11,154 nt of DNA from Coleofasciculus sp. B1-GNL1-01. GTDB lineage: Bacteria > Cyanobacteriota > Cyanobacteriia > Cyanobacteriales > Coleofasciculaceae. The translations under genes and the position numbers were made by a program. Location: assembly GCA_040220235.1 (NCBI GenBank), contig JAVJTO010000072.1. One strand, written 5' to 3'. The notes beneath the pieces were generated by a model. It was not told the origin of the DNA and searched no databases. It saw nothing but the letters and a program-made list of their open reading frames with translations. Positions 7,647-11,154 of the stretch are shown here, piece after piece. Positions within the stretch are counted from its first letter, which is position 1. Each line of letters starts with the position of its first letter.

Positions 7647-8747
7647 ATGAACTTATTTACACCCGTTCAAGTTGGTGCATACAAACTCCCCAATCGTATG
7701 GTTATGGCACCCTTAACCCGGATGCGTGCAGGTGAGGGAAACGTACCCAGAGAACTCAATGCTACCTATTATGCTCAGCGTACCTCTGCGGGATTAATTA
7801 TTTCCGAAGCCACTCAAGTTTCCCAGCAGGGATATGGATATGCGTATAGCCCAGGAATCCACTCACCCGAACAGGTGGAAGGCTGGAAGCTAGTTACTCA
7901 GGCGGTGCATGAACAAGGGGGACGAATGTTCCTACAATTGTGGCATGTTGGGCGTATTTCTCATCCCTCCATGCAGCCGAATGGGGAACTTCCCGTTGCG
8001 CCAAGTGCGATCGCGGCTGAAGGGATGGCGTCCACTCACACGGGTGAGCAACCCTTTGTCACCCCGCGTGCGTTGGAAACTGAGGAAATTCCTGGAATTG
8101 TGGAACAATATCGCCACGGAGCAAAAAATGCGTTAGCGGCTGGATTTGATGGGGTAGAAATTCACAGTGCTAATGGTTATTTGCTCGACCAATTCCTGCA
8201 TGATGGCTCAAATAAACGCACGGATCAATACGGTGGCTCAATTGAAAATCGCGCTCGTTTATTGATGGAGGTTACGGAAGCTGTGCTGAGTGTTTGGGGG
8301 GCGGATAAAGTGGGGATTCGCCTCTCGCCTGGTGGAACGTTTAATAATATGTCTGATTCCAACCCGGAAGCGTTGTTTGATTATGTGGTTTCTGAACTCA
8401 ACCGCTTTAACTTAGCCTATCTCCACATCATTGAACCGAGAATCCAAGGGAATGTCACGGTTGAAGATGAGGGTACAGGATTGGGGGTGCGTCATTTTCG
8501 TTCCCTCTATCACGGAACCTTAATTACAGCAGGTGGGTATACCCGCGACACGGGAAACGCGGTGCTGAAGGCGGGAGAGGCTGATTTAGTAGCGTATGGT
8601 AGATTGTTTATTGCCAATCCTGACTTACCCAAGCGGTTTGAGCTGAATGCTCCCCTAAACGATTATGATCGCTCCACCTTTTATCGGGGTGATGAGCATG
8701 GATATACAGATTATCCGTTCTTAGAGGAGTCTCAGCAAGCTAGTTAA
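7647..8747 (+). CDS. nemA: Alkene reductase / N-ethylmaleimide reductase (Old Yellow Enzyme, FMN-dependent)
   Basis: MAPLTRMRA, QLWHVGR, EIHSANGYLLDQF (catalytic His/Asn/Tyr), RTDQYGGSIENR, YGRLFIANPDL and a C-terminal TFY...GYTDYP. Confidence 0.9.
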   Translation: MNLFTPVQVGAYKLPNRMVMAPLTRMRAGEGNVPRELNATYYAQRTSAGLIISEATQVSQQGYGYAYSPGIHSPEQVEGWKLVTQAVHEQGGRMFLQLWHVGRISHPSMQPNGELPVAPSAIAAEGMASTHTGEQPFVTPRALETEEIPGIVEQYRHGAKNALAAGFDGVEIHSANGYLLDQFLHDGSNKRTDQYGGSIENRARLLMEVTEAVLSVWGADKVGIRLSPGGTFNNMSDSNPEALFDYVVSELNRFNLAYLHIIEPRIQGNVTVEDEGTGLGVRHFRSLYHGTLITAGGYTRDTGNAVLKAGEADLVAYGRLFIANPDLPKRFELNAPLNDYDRSTFYRGDEHGYTDYPFLEESQQAS

Positions 8748-8777
8748 TTAAGAGCGCGATCGCGAAATTCATTCATT

Positions 8778-8872
8778 TATACCAAGTTGCGTTATCGAAT
8801 GTCATTCTGAGCGAAGCGCGAAGCGAAGCTATAGTGAGGAAGGAGCGTCAGAATTTCGCCAGATGCGTCGCT
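8778..8872 (+). repeat. Degenerate palindromic dispersed repeat (GTCATTCTGAGCGAAGCG type)
   Basis: GTCATTCTGAGCGAAGCG at 8801-8818 with internal GCGAA iterations and a partly complementary GCGTCAGAAT at 8845-8854. A possible right-arm remnant, TCTTCGCTGCGTTC, lies at 2446-2459. Confidence 0.45.
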
Positions 8873-8981
8873 ACTATTCCTCAAACCTTTTGTATGCAAG
8901 TTCGGCTTTCTGTAAATCTCAAGCCTGAGCCAGACTTCTATACTTGAGATAGAGACTACAGAAAACTTTACAATAACAACT

Positions 8982-10307
8982 ATGGCTCCCGATCCCAAGA
9001 TAATGAATAGCGTCGAGCAGCTTGGCTATCGCGTCACTGTAGGTGATGTAGCGGCTCAGGCGGGATTGAATATCAATCTCGCCGAACGCGGATTACTGGC
9101 GCTAGCCTCCGATGCAGGTGGACATTTACAAGTCGCCGAGTCAGGTGAAATTGCCTATTTATTTCCCAAGAACTTTCGCACAAACCTACGAAACAAATTC
9201 CTCCGGCTGCGCTTGCAGGAATGGTGGGCAAAAATTTGGCGTGTCTTATTCTACCTGATTCGGATTTCCTTCGGGCTTCTCCTCTTACTCTCAATTGTCC
9301 TAATTTTTCTCGCCATTTCGATTATCGTCATCAGTATCAGTTCCAGCAGTGATAGTGATTCAGGTGGTGGCGGTAACGGAGGGTCTAATCGAGGTGGCGG
9401 CATGTTTTTTATGCCCCGCTTCTGGATTGGACCCGATATCTTTTGGTTTTTCGACCCCAGTTACGAACGCCATCGACAACGGCGCACCTCCTGGAATTCT
9501 GCTGAGAGTAAGCAGATGAATTTTCTGGAGTCAATTTTCTCATTCCTGTTTGGTGATGGTAATCCCAATGCGGATTTAGAAGAACGTCGCTGGCAAGAAA
9601 TCGGCACAGTGATTCGCAATTCCGGCGGTGCGGTTACAGCAGAACAGATTGCTCCATATTTGGATGATATTGGTACAGGCTATCAACGGGAATATGAGGA
9701 CTATATGTTACCCGTTCTCAGCCGTTTCAATGGGCGTCCAGAAGTTAGTCCCGATGGAGATATTATCTATCACTTCCCCGATTTACAGACAACTGCACAA
9801 CAGCAGCAGCGTCAGCCTGTTCCCTCTTATTTGAAAGAACAGCTTTGGCGCTTTAGTGCGGCTACCAGTGGACAAAAGATACTGGCAATTGGGTTAGGTG
9901 GCGTGAATATTGTCGGTGCGTTAATGCTGGGTTCTCTGTTAAAAAGCGGAGAAATTGCTGCCGAGATAGGCGGATTGGTGGCGTTTGTTGCCTCAATTTA
10001 CTGGTTTTTACTGGGGTACGGGATTGGCTTTTTAGCGATTCCGCTGATTCGTTATTTCTGGATTCAACGGAAAAATAGTAAAATCGCAGCCCGTAATCAG
10101 CAACGACAGCAGGAAGCATCAGCACTGGTTCAAGGGGATACCAATTTACAGAAAAAACTGGCGTATGCTCAACAGTTTGCGGCGCAAAATGTAATTGGGC
10201 AAGAGGATTTGGTGTATACCAGTGAACAGGATTTACTGGATCAAGATTTACAACGAAAAGACCAAATTGATGCTGAATGGCAACGCCGTTTAGAGTCTGG
10301 TTCTTAG
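8982..10307 (+). CDS. Conserved cyanobacterial/plastid membrane protein of unknown function (resembles the Arabidopsis At5g03900 family, from recollection)
   Basis: 441-aa ORF with N-terminal RVTVGDVAAQAGL...ALASDAGGHLQVAESGEIAYLFP, a TM segment, a Ser/Gly linker, FLESIFSFLFGDGNPN, FNGRPEVSPDGDIIYHFP and two further TM segments. Confidence 0.8.
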   Translation: MAPDPKIMNSVEQLGYRVTVGDVAAQAGLNINLAERGLLALASDAGGHLQVAESGEIAYLFPKNFRTNLRNKFLRLRLQEWWAKIWRVLFYLIRISFGLLLLLSIVLIFLAISIIVISISSSSDSDSGGGGNGGSNRGGGMFFMPRFWIGPDIFWFFDPSYERHRQRRTSWNSAESKQMNFLESIFSFLFGDGNPNADLEERRWQEIGTVIRNSGGAVTAEQIAPYLDDIGTGYQREYEDYMLPVLSRFNGRPEVSPDGDIIYHFPDLQTTAQQQQRQPVPSYLKEQLWRFSAATSGQKILAIGLGGVNIVGALMLGSLLKSGEIAAEIGGLVAFVASIYWFLLGYGIGFLAIPLIRYFWIQRKNSKIAARNQQRQQEASALVQGDTNLQKKLAYAQQFAAQNVIGQEDLVYTSEQDLLDQDLQRKDQIDAEWQRRLESGS

Positions 10308-10335
10308 GTGGCTAGAGAGGGTTTTGCTGTTCCGT

Positions 10336-10466
10336 TAAGTAGTCGGACAAAAGAAAACGGTGCTGTATTAAGTTTTGTAAACCACCTTCAAACCCTTACT
10401 GTTCCCTGTTCCCTGTTCCCTGTTCCCTCATCTCAACCGTTAACGTTAATTGTGTCCACCCACTTA
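10336..10466 (-). mobile_element. TA-flanked MITE-like element, copy B, with (GGGAACA)x4 core
   Basis: 131 bp. Core is the reverse complement of 4917-4971. Ends are TAAGTAGTCGGACA and TGTCCACCCACTTA. Confidence 0.8.
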
Positions 10467-10476
10467 TTGGTGGGGA

Positions 10477-10558
10477 AGGGCGGGTTTTGTTGTTCCGTTA
10501 TTGGTGACTAACTGAATTTAGTCCCTAAACCCGCCCCTACAGAGTCCCTAAACCCGCC
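10477..10558 (-). repeat. Family-1 REP-like hairpin plus partial tandem arm
   Basis: AGGGCGGGTTT-N39-AAACCCGCCCCTACA (10477-10541) is an inverted homologue of 167-230, loop included. An extra AGTCCCTAAACCCGCC lies at 10543-10558. Confidence 0.85.
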
Positions 10559-10626
10559 TCGACGTGGCTAAATGTGACCCGACAATTAACTTATACGAAG
10601 TCGGTTGGTGGAAATCAACTCAACAC

Positions 10627-10878
10627 TAAGTAAATAGGTGGGGACAATTAAAGTTAACGGCGGAGATCGTCATTCGTCATTCGTCATTTGTAAGGGTTTG
10701 AGGAACATTCACAGAACTTAACATAGTTCGGTTTATTTCCACCAACCTACTTACCTGGACATAAATTCAGGCACGCAGCCTTGTACTACACTAGCAAAGT
10801 AGAGTGAAATGTTAACAAGCCTCAAACCCTTACATAAACGTAGCTTGCTTCTCGATGAAAGCGAGTATGACGAATGAC
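10627..10878 (-). mobile_element. Truncated MITE-like copy D, interrupted by copy C
   Basis: GAAATGTTAACAAGCCTCAAACCCTTAC (10806-10833) and CCTGGACATAAAT (10754-10766) match the right arm of copy A on the minus strand. ATGACGAATGAC (10867-10878) is a TCGTCAT-type core remnant. Confidence 0.65.
10631..10753 (+). mobile_element. TA-flanked MITE-like element, copy C, with (TCGTCAT)x3 core, nested in copy D
   Basis: Same scaffold (22 nt, GTTAACGG, core, GTAAGGGTTT, 54 nt ending CTACTTA). Heptamers at 10667-10687. TA at 10631-10632 and 10752-10753. Confidence 0.75.
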
Positions 10879-11154
10879 TATTTAACCCAGCCTTGAATTT
10901 CTGTTGGGGTGGGGTTGCGTTCTAGTTTCATACATTCTTGTTTGGTGGCGTCTAGGAGATGTTGCATGGTGACGGGTTTGCCTTCTTCTGCGGCAAAAAA
11001 GGCAGCATTCATAGCAATGGAACGGATATTTCCCCCGGTGGCTTGCAGTTTGCCTAATCTAGCATAATCCAGTTTCCGAGTTGGGGTTTCCTTGGGGAAG
11101 ATGCGTTCCCATATTTTGGCACGGGATGCTGCATCGGGATAGGGGAATTTGACG
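10878..11154 (-). CDS. C-terminal 91 aa of an AAA+ ATPase (partial, runs off window)
   Basis: My translation of 11153-10878: VKFPYPDAASRAKIWERIFPKETPTRKLDYARLGKLQATGGNIRSIAMNAAFFAAEEGKPVTMQHLLDATKQECMKLERNPTPTEIQGWVK*. This is an AAA lid domain (FPxP...R..IW, TGGNIR..A.NAAF.AA). Confidence 0.85.
   Translation of the reverse strand, partial: VKFPYPDAASRAKIWERIFPKETPTRKLDYARLGKLQATGGNIRSIAMNAAFFAAEEGKPVTMQHLLDATKQECMKLERNPTPTEIQGWVK

Larger units (their letters stand above)
124..8763. repeat. HIP1 octamers (GCGATCGC), 9 dispersed copies
   Basis: Copies start at 124, 2886, 3232, 3610, 5747, 6343, 6379, 8007 and 8756. This over-representation is a cyanobacterial genome signature. Confidence 0.9.

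Noticed and set aside
1287..10125. Short ORFs 1287-1484, 1647-1844, 1781-1984, 1965-2195, 2065-2292, 5564-5782, 5792-5974, 6018-6221, 6933-7130, 7909-8136, 7932-8117, 8792-8998, 9073-9294, 9628-9834 and 9862-10125
   Set aside because: Shadow frames overlapping well-supported genes, promoter regions or repeats, with no recognisable motifs.
4895..10466. Composite transposon or invertible segment bounded by MITE copies A and B (or by REPs at 167 and 10541)
   Set aside because: The repeats occur in most intergenic regions, so flanking pairs are expected by chance. There is no transposase or recombinase in the window and no target duplication longer than TA.
10308..10511. 67-aa ORF
   Set aside because: Read-through of MITE copy B and a REP. 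VPCSLFPVP is simply the translation of (TGTTCCC)n.
142..10558. CRISPR array (constant motifs separated by 34-39 nt spacer-sized segments)
   Set aside because: The constant parts are inverted arms, not direct repeats. Copies are dispersed, the 'spacers' are homologous to one another, and no cas genes are in the window.

Overview
Cyanobacterial chromosomal DNA: nine HIP1 GCGATCGC octamers, plus heptamer tandem repeats and REP-like hairpins typical of filamentous, repeat-rich taxa (taxon is inferred). The coding content is largely redox/detoxification. It comprises a cysteine-hydrolase (isochorismatase/nicotinamidase-like) gene divergent from a Zn-independent MDR oxidoreductase, a small hypothetical protein, and a DedA (TVP38/TMEM64) plus MerA/LpdA-like disulfide reductase pair. 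That pair is divergent from a NemR-like TetR, peroxiredoxin-like and Old Yellow Enzyme cluster, which has a visible sigma70 promoter and two operator-like boxes. A conserved membrane protein and the C-terminus of an AAA ATPase (missed by the ORF track) follow. Most intergenic spaces hold small repeats from at least three families. The most striking is a TA-flanked ~120-130 bp MITE-like element. It has a fixed scaffold, two alternative heptamer cores and two alternative right arms, and all four core/arm combinations occur here. One copy is nested in another at a duplicated TA.
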